Both the position numbers and the translations under genes were made by a program. A DNA stretch of 64,000 nucleotides from Azolla caroliniana (taxonomy: Eukaryota > Plantae > Polypodiophyta), in assembly GCA_043228905.1 (NCBI GenBank), contig JBHGNT010000006.1:17608001-17672000 (forward strand). The letters run 5' to 3'. Shown piece by piece: positions 49,678-60,308 of the stretch (positions within the stretch are counted from its first letter, which is position 1; each line of letters starts with the position of its first letter). Under the pieces are notes generated by a model. It was not told the DNA's origin. It saw nothing but the letters and a program-made list of their open reading frames with translations, and ran no database searches.

Positions 49678-52365
49678 TGTCATGATATGACAAGACTCGA
49701 ACCCATGACCTTATATTATATGGGTCAAGCTCTTGACCATTATACCATCTATTGTAATACATAAGATATTATTTTCATTTAATTTTATTATAGGAAATTA
49801 ATGTATATTCCAGACTTCTCTGGAACATTCTAGAAGCTTTAGGATTACTCTTGAGAACACTATAAAAGAAGGCACTAGGCATTATGTTGAACCAAATTGG
49901 TTCAACGCTAGTCTTAAGCCTCATAGCCATCTTGTATTTACTCTTCCTATAATATATCATCTATTATCATTATCTCTCTCTCTCTCTCCTCTTCTCTTTT
50001 CTCTCTCTCGGGAGTCTTACGCAGTCCTGTCCTCTTAGTAGTAATAGTACTTCCCTTCTCTAGTACTAATTCTCTCTCTGTTTTAGTACTATTCCTGACA
50101 GTTTCAGCCAATTTTCCCTCTCTAGTCTTTCTTTTGGTTTCCCGCATCCTCTTATCCTTTTTCTATACAATGGCTTCTGTTAGTGCCCAAGAATACCAAT
50201 CCGTTTTCTCCGAGCTACAATGTCTACAAGAAAAAATTGTTGCCTTGGAACAAGAAAACCAACGGTTGTTAGGTGATCTTCAACAAATCGCCCTAGAAAA
50301 ACAACAAACGCAGCAACAACATGGGGAGTTAGCGTTACGCGTGCAACAACTCGAAGCAGCGTTGCAACAACAAGGATCAAGTCCCCAAGGATTTCATAAA
50401 GAGCCCAAGATTGGACTTCTTGTGAAATTTGATGGAACGCGATCGCAATTTAGGGGATTCCTCAATCAGGCACGCTTAGTCATTCAAATGCATCCGCCTC
50501 TATACCCCACTGGTGCATCCCAAGTTGGCCTAATAGGCACATTGCTTAGCGGCTCAGCCTTGGCATGGTTTGCTCCGCTTCTAGAAAAACAATCGCCCTT
50601 ACTTAATAAATTTGAAGACTTTATTAGTGAGTTTAAAGCTTGCTTTGGAGATACAGACATCATCCAGATGGCTATGAACAAAATCCGACGATTGTGTCAA
50701 GGCGATCGTCTAGCCTCTACCTACACGACGGATTTCCGTCTACTCGCTTCTGATATCCCCTGGGATGATCAGGCACTAATGGAGTAGTTTCGCTACGGCC
50801 TGCGAAACGATGTCAAAGATCTACCTCTAACCTTCCCGGAAGAACCAAAGTCTCTTACGGAGGCAATCAATCGAGCGGTCCAATGCAACAACCGCCTTTT
50901 CGAATGGCATTCGGAACGTCGATTACAAATACCACACTCTAGGCCGGAGCCCACTTACGCCTCAGTCGTGGCTAAACAGTTTGCATGAGACATACCTCAA
51001 ACAAATACTCCGACACCGATGGATATCGACACCATGCGTCGACGTGGCCCGTTATCGGAAGAAGAAAAGCCATGACGGCGTACAAATCAATTATGTCTTT
51101 ATTGCGATGGACTAGGGCATATCACATTCAATTGTCCCCATAGGCCAAGAAGACAGGTAAATCAAATTGTAGCCTATACTAAACCCGAGTCAATTCTTCC
51201 CTTAGGAGTGTCTGAGAGTATTAATAGTACTAATAGAGTGTCTGATAGTATTAATAGTACTAATAGCCCAAGTATCTCAAACAAATTTGAAATCCTTACT
51301 CAATTAGATGAAGAGCTAAACGATTGAGTCCAGCCCAAATAGGAGTCGTTTGGTTGGACAGCCCTAGATCTGTACAACCCATTAGTGGTTCAATTCCCTC
51401 CAAGCAAGTTAGCAATGTGTTCTTAGCCCAAGTCATGGTTAGTACTAAAAGTACTCCCCTAGTACACGTCCTAGCACTTCTAGATTCCGGAGCTAATTCC
51501 TATTTCATGGATCAAAATTTTGCCCAAGCTTCTCAGATATCCTTAAGAAAACTTCCTTGCCCCGCATCTGTAGTAGTCATTGATGGTCGTGCCATTGCTT
51601 CCGGGAATATTGTAGAAGAGTCAAAACCCATTCAAGTTGTCCTAGGTAGTTTTGTGTGTGTGGTATCATTTAATTTAATTAGTAGTCCAGAGCATCCCAT
51701 TGTCCTGGGATTACCTTGGTTTGAATTAAATAATCCAAACATAGATTGGAGAACAAGAGAAGTTCGACATCAACAACCCCAAGTATCTACTCATCGAGTT
51801 TCGACCATTTCACTACGTCAATTACGCGAAGAAGGACACAAGGAGGCAATGTTTCTATTTGCAATATTAGTACATCCTTCCAGCACTATTAAGGAGGAAT
51901 CCTTAGTGCAACTTCCGGCGAAATATCATCCTTATGCCGATGTATTTGACAAGTTAAAAGCACGGTACTCTTCCTCATCATCGTCCTTATGATTGTCCCA
52001 TCAATTTACAACCCGGAGCAGAGCCACCATGGGGACCAATTTACAACTTGTCACCCACTGAGTTAGAATTCCTTCAAGCCTACATCGAGGAGAACTTGGC
52101 AAGCGGGTTTATTCATCATACGAAATCTCCGGCTGGTGCACCCATCTTCTTTGTCAAGAAGAAAGATGGCTCACTTCGTCTCGTCCTTGATTACCACGGC
52201 TTGAATAAAGTCACCATTTGGAATAGGTATGCACTTCCTCTTATATCAAGTCTTTTAGAGTGAGTTAATGGTGCCAAGTTTTTTACAAAAATCAATCTAC
52301 GAGGAGCGTATAACCTCGTGTGGATCCGATCGGGAGATGAATGGAAGACCGCCTTTCGCACGCGG
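49678..52365 (+). mobile_element. Tcn1/Tf1-like chromovirus family F: 5' LTR 49678-50100, gag (Peg10-like), protease, start of RT; cut by element E
   Basis: TGTCATG..CCTGACA; [66 protein letters not shown]. Confidence 0.92.
49688..49752 (-). promoter_or_regulatory. tRNA-like Pol III module at the F LTR 5' end
   Basis: Minus strand: TGGTATAATGGTCAAGAGC (A box) .. AAGGTCATGGGTTCGAGTCTTGT (B box/T-arm). Confidence 0.75.
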
Positions 52366-52733
52366 TGTCGGGGTAGTTGTGGTTCGTGCGGCGAAGTCGC
52401 GCGGGGACTAAGGTTAAGGGGAGTTGAAGAAACTTAACTTTTAATAAGGCTTGTATGGTGATGATAGAATGGTTAAGGATAGTAAGAAGATGAGTTACGA
52501 GTAATGTGTGTGTGTGTGTGTGAGGGAGAGAGAGAGACAAGCATAGATAAAAGATAAAGACAATGTATGATTCAAGAAAGAAGATCGAGACAAAGTATGA
52601 TTCTAGAAAGAAGATTGAGACAAAGTATGATTCAAGGAACAAGAGTATATGATATAAACATGATGTATATTAAAAATATAATATTTTACCAACTTTACAA
52701 TCCTTGACCGCAAACTGAACACATTCTCTATCG

Positions 52734-52800
52734 ACCCTTGATTTGAACCCACGACCTCAACTTCGAAACGAGAGGTTCTCCACCCAATGAGCTAGTCTTC
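52734..52800 (-). promoter_or_regulatory. Sense tRNA-like module downstream of the TATA in the E LTR (copy at ~56224-56290)
   Basis: Minus strand: TAGCTCATTGGGTGGAG .. GAGGTCGTGGGTTCAAATC. Confidence 0.7.
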
Positions 52801-53037
52801 TTTAATTGATTATATTATTTTCTCACTCTCTCTTGATCCCCTTCTTGTTTTCCTTGCCCCTCTTTTTATAAGTATTTCCATGCATATGGTAATGGCATTC
52901 ATGTAATGCATGAGTTACATCTTATGCATGATCGCCATTTGGCGCACATGCATTGCATGTGATGCATGATAGCCATCATGCTCATTTGAGCTCCCACGTA
53001 TTGGGATAAGTATAATGATGGATATAATCCTAAAACA

Positions 53038-53240
53038 AATAGCCTAGCTTAGTGGTGTATGCTTTGTGCTTGATATACAAGGTTGAGGGTTCAAGTCCCT
53101 CAATTTTACTTAATACAATATTTAAGTTTATTCTTATATAGTGAAGCACATTCTTGACAACATTTCTAAAAACAAATAGCCTACCCTATTGGTATATACA
53201 TTGTGCTTGGCTTATAAGGTTGTAGGTTCAAGTGTTTGAA
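53038..53240 (+). promoter_or_regulatory. Two tandem antisense tRNA-like modules in E LTR U3 (copies at ~56528-56730)
   Basis: TAGCTTAGTGG A box; anticodon arm TTGTG-CTTGATA-TACAA; T-arm GAGGG-TTCAAGT-CCCTC; TTTT; second degenerate copy ~136 bp downstream. Confidence 0.85.
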
Positions 53241-54060
53241 ATATTACTGAATTCAATATTTAAATTTATTTTTATATCGTGAAGCAAATCCTTCACGACA
53301 CCCACCCCCTCTGAACTTGCACACTGGTTGTGCAAAGTTCATCCAAAATCTTGAAAAAACTCTTCATTCCATTTTTGAACTGGATGTTCCCTCCACCATT
53401 CTTTGTTTCTTTCACGATTAGACGTCATGGTTAAGAACTGGCCCCTCTTCCTTCCATCCTGACTCTTGATCCTCACGAAAGTCGAATCATCATTAATCAC
53501 AGTTGTTTCCATCCTTACTACGTTGATGTATGGTTCACCATCCATTGTTTCCATACTCACTACGCTGATGTATGGTTGACCAAGGATGACGGGGTAGGTT
53601 GATCTATCTTGCACATAGTAATTTTGATCCACCAACACATCTCCCATTGTTGCTTTAACATTAGGACATGCTCCGAATAGATCCTCCATTGTCTTTGTCG
53701 CAACTCTTATCTTCCACCCATGGTTCTTATTGATTGGCCACTTTCCTTCAACATAACACTTCGACGACATCATGTTGATTTTCAATCCATGATCTATCAA
53801 AGCAATACAAGGAATCTGTTGTTCCCCAATTTTTGTAGGCACCTCCGTTGTTGCTTGAGCACAATGGTTCCTTGTATAATGACTCTTGTCCCCTTCATGA
53901 ATCCCAACATCATTTATCTTCTTTACACTTGCAATATTGATGATGCCATGATCCAAATCTTGGAGTGTTGTTGCACACCCTCTCATAACTTCCTCTGTCA
54001 CATGTTTTATATCCGTCGTGGCTTCTGTGTCCGAAGCAAGCTTAAAAGTTGGGTTTGTCT

Positions 54061-54703
54061 TCCCTTTGACTTTATCAACTTCTTTCGACTCAGGAGCATC
54101 CTTTTCCATCTCCCTTCTCTCTTGTTCTTGTGTCTCATGTCTCTTTGTCGGATCAGCTTCCTCAGCTCTCTTCCGCTTCTCTTCCACTAGCACATCTTGT
54201 GCATTCACTTGGGCGAATGCTGATAGGCTCGCGTCTACTGGATCATTCCATCCAGTGAAGTGTCGTATTTCATCTCCCTTTGACTTTATCAACTTCTTTC
54301 GACTCAGGAGCATCCTTTTCCATCTCCCTTCTCTCTTGTTCTTGTGTCTCATGTCTCTTTGTCGGATCAGCTTCCTCAGCTCTCTTCCGCTTCTCTTCCA
54401 CTAGCACATCTTGTGCATTCACTTGGGCGAATGCTGATAGGCTCGCGTCTACTGGATCATTCCATCCAGTGAAGTGTCGTATTTCATCTCCCTTTGACTT
54501 TATCAACTTCTTTCGACTCAGGAGCATCCTTTTCCATCTCCCTTCTCTCTTGTTCTTGTGTCTCATGTCTCTTTGTCGGATTAGCTTCCTCAGCTCTCTT
54601 CCGCTTCTCTTCCACTAGCACATCTTGTGCATTCACTTGGGCGAATGCTGATAGCGCGTCTACTGGATCATTCCATCCAGTGAAGTGTCGTATTTCATCT
54701 CCC
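54061..54703. repeat. Three tandem copies of a 214-bp segment in E gag
   Basis: TCCCTTTGACTTTATCAAC starts at 54061, 54275 and 54489; third copy is 3 bp shorter. Confidence 0.95.
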
Positions 54704-56897
54704 GCTCTTTTTAATTCATCCACTCGAACCTTCCCTTTTCTTGCATACTCCATCACACCCTGCCAAAAGTCAGATCCACCATATGAGTCTTCTACACGCA
54801 ACCCTAAGGTTGCTAAGGTTGTCACGGATTGTATCTCTTGAGTCGTTTCTCTCTCAGCATCTTCCATTAGCTTTTTCATTCCACCTTTCCCAAAGTTGGG
54901 TTGGATTGGTTGTTGAGTCTTTGTCGAGTGAATCTTTCCATCTTGATAGTAGATTTTATCATGATTAAGAGAATCCCTATGTTCTTGACAATCTTTCTTT
55001 TGGTGGTCGACACTATTACACCACATACACCTTCGGACCATTCCACCTCCCTGCCTTGATGAAGTTGAGCTTTGTCCCGATTCTAGCTTCGTCACTTTGA
55101 TCGACAAGTCTTTCATGCCTTTCACCAATTCGTGTAAGAGTGATTCTTTTACTTTCTTTTCTCCCGACTCGTTCCCCGTTTCTTCATCATTTCTGTCGGG
55201 CAACTCCATAAACCATAACTTTCTTTTGCAGAAATGGGCGCACGCCCTTTTCACCTCCTCCCAGTCTTCGGTAAGTCCACTTGGACTATTCTGATCTTCT
55301 AAAAGCATTCCCAAGTCCTTCCTGTCTTTAATATTAGTTGCTTGTAGAAACAATATGACTTTATCTGGCATTATTATATTTCTATCTCTAACATTTAGTT
55401 GCTCAAATCTTTCAGAAAACTCTTTTAATACTTCCAAAACACTTAAATGTTTATTAGACTCTACCCAATCCATAAAAGCTCGCCTTGTCATCCTTGACAT
55501 ATCGTTGAGGTTGTATTCATTGAGTAATGCTCTTTCGAACGTTGTCCATGTCTGTTTCTCCCTTTGGAGCTCTTGGATCCTCTCTTGTAGCCCAATTGTA
55601 GCGACTCGACTAAAGCTATTAATTTTTGTAGCTTCGTTGACACCGCGTTTAAGCATTTCTTCATTATAAATCTTTAGAAATCTTGTTAAATTTATACCTT
55701 CGAAGATTCCTACTCGTGCGAGAATATTGTCGACGGCTTTGTCGATGCTTGCCATCATCCCTTGTTCCCGCATCACTCGTTCCATCATCGTACACATAAG
55801 CCTCATTTGCTCCTCCATTTCTCCTCGTCGCCGCCTTCACGCCAGGTTCACCAAATGTGTCGGGGTAGTTGTGGTTCGTGCGGCGAAGTCGCGCGGGGAC
55901 TAAGGTTAAGGGGAGTTGAAGAAACTTAACTTTTAATAAGGCTTGTATGGTGATGATAGAATGGTTAAGGATAGTAAGAAGAAGAGTTACGAGTAATGTG
56001 TGTGTGTGTGTGAGGGAGAGAGAGAGACAAGCATAGATAAAAGATAAAGATAATGTATGATTCAAGAAAGAAGATCGAGACAAAGTATGATTCTAGAAAG
56101 AAGATTGAGACAAAGTATGATTCAAGGAACAAGAGTATATGATATAAACATGATGTATATTAAAAATATAATATTTTACCAACTTTACAATCCTTGACCG
56201 CAAACTGAACACATTCTCTATCGACCCTTGATTTGAACCCACGACCTCAACTTCGAAACGAGAGGTTCTTCACCCAATGAGCTAGTCTTCTTTAATTGAT
56301 TATATTATTTTCTCACTCTCTCTTGATCCCCTTCTTGTTTTCCTTGCCCCTCTTTTTATAAGTATTTCCATGCATATGGTAATGGCATTCATGTAATGCA
56401 TGAGTTACATCTTATGCATGATCGCCATTTGGCGCACATGCATTGCATGTGATGCATGATAGCCATCATGCTCATTTGAGCTCCCACGTATTGGGATAAG
56501 TATAATGATGGATATAATCCTAAAACAAATAGCCTAGCTTAGTGGTGTATGCTTTGTGCTTGATATACAAGGTTGAGGGTTCAAGTCCCTCAATTTTACT
56601 TAATACAATATTTAAGTTTATTCTTATATAGTGAAGCACATTCTTGACAACATTTCTAAAAACAAATAGCCTACCCTATTGGTATATACATTGTGCTTGG
56701 CTTATAAGGTTGTAGGTTCAAGTGTTTGAAATATTACTGAATTCAATATTTAAATTTATTTTTATATCATGAAGCAAATCCTTCACGACACCCACCCTCT
56801 CTGAACTTGCACACTGGTTGTGCAAAGTTCATCCAAAATCTTGAAAAAACTCTTCATTCCATTTTTGAACTGGATGTTCCCTCCACCATTCTTTGTT

Positions 56898-57950
56898 GAT
56901 TACAGATTTTGATTAGGGTTTCCAATTTCAAACTTCTAATTACAGATTTTAATTAGAGTTTCTGATTTCAAATTTCTGAATACAAATTATCATTAGGGTT
57001 TCTGATTTGCTAAGTTAAAGATTTTGCACTATTTCTGTTGTTGTTGATTGGGGTTTCTAATTCTGACATATTCTGATTTTGCACTATTTCTGATTTCTGA
57101 AATGATATTTCAGATGGCTCGTTCCTCCGTATCCGAGAATGCTAAATTTCGGAATAGGGTTTCTAGTTACAAACTTCTGATTACAAATTTTGATTAGGGT
57201 TTCTAATTTCAAACTTCTGATTACAGATTTTGATTAGGGTTTCTGATTTCAAATTTCTGAATACAAATTATGATTAGGGTTTCTGATTTGCTAAGTTAAA
57301 GATTTTGCACTATTTCTATTGTTGTTGATTGGGGTTTCTGATTCTGACATATTCTGATTTTGCATTATTTCTGATTTCTGAAATGATATTTCAGATGGCT
57401 CGTTCCTCCGTATGCGAGAATGCTAAATTTCGGAATAGGGTTTCTGGTTACAAACTTCTGATTACAGATTTTGATTAGGGTTTCTAATTTCAAACTTCTG
57501 ATTACAGATTTTGATTAGGGTTTCTGATTTGCTAAGTTAAAGATTTTGCACTATTTCTATTGTTGTTGATTGGGGTTTCTGATTCTGACATATTCTGATT
57601 TTGCACTATTTCTGATTTCTGAAATGATATTTCAGATGGCTCGTTCCTCCGTATGCGAGAATGCTAAATTTCGGAATAGGGTTTCTGGTTACAAACTTCT
57701 GATTACAGATTTTGATTAGGGTTTCTAATTTCAAACTTTTGATTACAGATTTTGATTAGGGTTTCTGATTTCAAATTTCTGAATACAAATTATGATTAGG
57801 GTTTCTGATTTGCTAAGTTAAAGATTTTGCACTATTTGTGTTGTTGTTGATTGGGGTTTCTGATTCTGACATATTCTAATTTTGCACTATTTTTTATTTC
57901 TGAAATGATATTTCAGATGGCTCGTTCCTCCGTATCCAAGAATGCTAAAC
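56898..57950 (+). repeat. Four ~240-280-bp tandem units rich in GATTAGGGTTTCT, each ending TTTCAG-ATGGCTCGTTCCTCCGTAT
   Basis: Unit-ending motif at ~57115, 57395, 57636 and 57917; internal ~40-bp subrepeats. Confidence 0.92.
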
Positions 57951-59263
57951 TTCTCAAAATTTTGCAAGACAAAGGAGGACTTCCACAACACCTATGGTCT
58001 GTCACTCGAGGGTGTTGAGCCTGCTGTCCTAAGTGATAAATTGATCAATGATGTAGACAGGATGACAGTATATATAGTGCCTAGAGTCAAAGGCAAGGTC
58101 AAGTTGAAGCATATACGAGCCGACTTGTACAATGACTGCATGAGGCTGCACCAGAAAGTTCATCAGGAGATCCCAGTCAACAATGAGTTGTTAGTTTCAT
58201 TTGCTAGAGCATTTGCATATGAGTACTGCAAAACAGCGAAGGAATCCAGGGACCCTGAAATGTATAGGGTAGCTTGGGCAGTCTATGGTGAGGCATCGGT
58301 AAAAAGATGCCGAAAGATGGGGACATTGGCACAAAAAATAGACAGATTTTGGAGCATGGCAGCTGTTGATGCAATTGCCGAATCCCAGCAAGACCGGGGG
58401 CATACACCACACCGACACCCAAGGAAAGCCAATGTCGATGATACAGGTGAGACATTGGTTAGCTATATGCTAAAAAATGTCCATGAAACCTGTGAGACAT
58501 TGGCATTTTTTAAGATTGATTTAGAGAAAGCCACAATGGCTTCTGCAATGGAGAGCAAAGTTACTTCCGCTGTTACAACGATTAGAAATAAGATTCAGGT
58601 AACTATTGTTTTGCTGGTATGTGATTGTGTTATAAATAACTTTAAGGGTAAAATGTGCTAATCAAGCATTATCTGGAATAGGTTGCACAACAGGAGCTTG
58701 AATTAGAGGGGCCAATGGATCCCCAGCGTAAAATACAACTGCAAATAGAGATCCAGGTTCTTTCAATGAACCTGGACCTTCTAGGTGTAAATATTGTTGC
58801 AGATTACAATTTGGATAAGCTTCAAGTAAGTTAACGATTCCTGAGCAAAGTTGGTGTATCTTTCAACAACAAGAATAATTAATCGGTAAATTTCTCTGTT
58901 GCGTTGAAGGAACAATACATTCATCAAGAACAGGTAGTTAGCTGCCTTAAGAAGTAGCTACATTTTGTGGAGGGAATGGTAAGGACTAGACAAGATTTGG
59001 ACCTGAACATTCTTGCTCCCTTACCAAATGAAGGAGAACCAGAAAATAATTTATTGACAGTTCAAGCACGTTGCATCGCTTGCGGGTTAGGTGTGGAGGA
59101 CAAAACTGCGTCTTTGTTGGTTCACCTACAACCATGCAACCACACATACCATCAGCTTTGTTTTCAACATGCTTGTCGAATTGCTGCATTCTGTTTGGGA
59201 GATTGCAGTACAACTCTACCAAATGAGTGGAGAAAACTAACAGGTATACCATACTGTAGCTAA
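57917..59263 (+). pseudogene. Spliced gene with coiled coil and C-terminal RING finger (exons ~57917-58598, 58682-58825, 58910-59263); one in-frame TAG at 58955
   Basis: Phase-0 GT-AG introns; CIAC..PCNHTYHQLC..CLGDC RING-H2-like spacing. Confidence 0.7.
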
Positions 59264-59327
59264 TAAACTTACTCTTTTCTAATTAGATAAGCCGTAAAAA
59301 GTATGGAAACTATTTTGCTGCTATCGT

Positions 59328-60257
59328 TGTAGCTAATTAGTTACTACCATAGTTGATTAAAGCAGCTAATAGATATCCTATTAGTTAATTAGCTACTACC
59401 ATAGTTGAGTAAAGTAGCTAATTAGCTAAGTGGCAGCTAGTTAGTTACTAGCTAATTAGGTATCCTACTGGCAGCTAATTAGCTACTGGCAGCTAGTTAG
59501 CTACTAGCTAATTAGCTACTCATAGCTAATTAGCTAGCACCATAGTTGTGCAAAGTAGCTAATTAGCTATCCTACTAGCTAATTAGCTATCCTACTAGCT
59601 AATTAGCTATCCTACTACCTAGTTCGTTATCCTACTAGTTAATTAGCTATCCTACTAGCTAATTAGCTACTGCCATAGTTGTGTAAAGTAGCTAATAAGC
59701 TATCCTAGTAGCTAATTAGCTACTGGCAGCTAATTAGCTATCCTAGTAGCTAATTCTAAATGGTACTAGCTAATTAGCTACTGGCAAATAATTAGCTATC
59801 CTAGTAGCTAATTAGCTATCCTAGTAGCTAATTAGCTATCCTAGTAGCTAATAAGCTATCCTAGCTACTACATAGTTGAGAAAGTAGCTAATTAGCTATC
59901 ATTGTAGCTAATTAGCTATCCTTCTAGTAGCTAATTAGCTATCCTAGCTACTACCATAGTTAGTAAAGTAGCTAATTAGCTATCCTAGCTACTACCATAG
60001 TTGAGTAAAGTAGCTAATTAGCTATCCTAGCTACTACCATAGTTGAGTAAAGTAGCTAATTAGCTACTATAGTAGCTAATTAGCTATCCTAGCTACTACC
60101 ATAGTTGAGTAAAGTAGCTAATTAGCTACCATAGTAGCTAAGTAGCTATCCTAGCTACTACCATAGTTGAGTAAAGTAGCTAATTAGCTATCGTACTAGC
60201 TAATTAGCTATCCTAGCTTCTACCATAGTTTAGTAAAGTAGCTAATTAGCTATCCTA
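59328..60257. repeat. Array of the 14-bp palindrome TAGCTAATTAGCTA with short spacers (~20- and ~41-bp units)
   Basis: Dozens of exact or near-exact copies separated by TCCTAC/TCCTAG, CTGGC or CTACCATAGTTGAGTAAAG. Confidence 0.95.
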
Positions 60258-60308
60258 AATAGATGACATGTTATTGTAGAATCTTGTGGATTAAGGACGG
60301 CACATGAT

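Larger units (their letters stand above)
52366..56897 (-). mobile_element. Young non-autonomous gag+protease LTR element E (TR-GAG-like): LTRs 52366-53300 and 55858-56790, PBS-Trp, plus the start of a further tandem unit at 56791-56897
   Basis: LTRs differ at only about 4 substitutions and one TG repeat; PBS TGGTGAACCTGGCGTGAA at 55836-55853; gag/protease homologous to D; PPT shortly after the protease stop. Confidence 0.93.

Noticed and set aside
53038-53107. Functional tRNA-Ser(UGA) gene
   Set aside because: No acceptor stem and no long variable arm; reported as a tRNA-like module instead.
56898-57900. Interstitial telomere array
   Set aside because: TTAGGGTTT motifs are dispersed in larger units, not contiguous TTTAGGG repeats.
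59328-60257. CRISPR-like repeat-spacer array
   Set aside because: The spacers are short and themselves repeated, there are no cas genes, and the context is eukaryotic.
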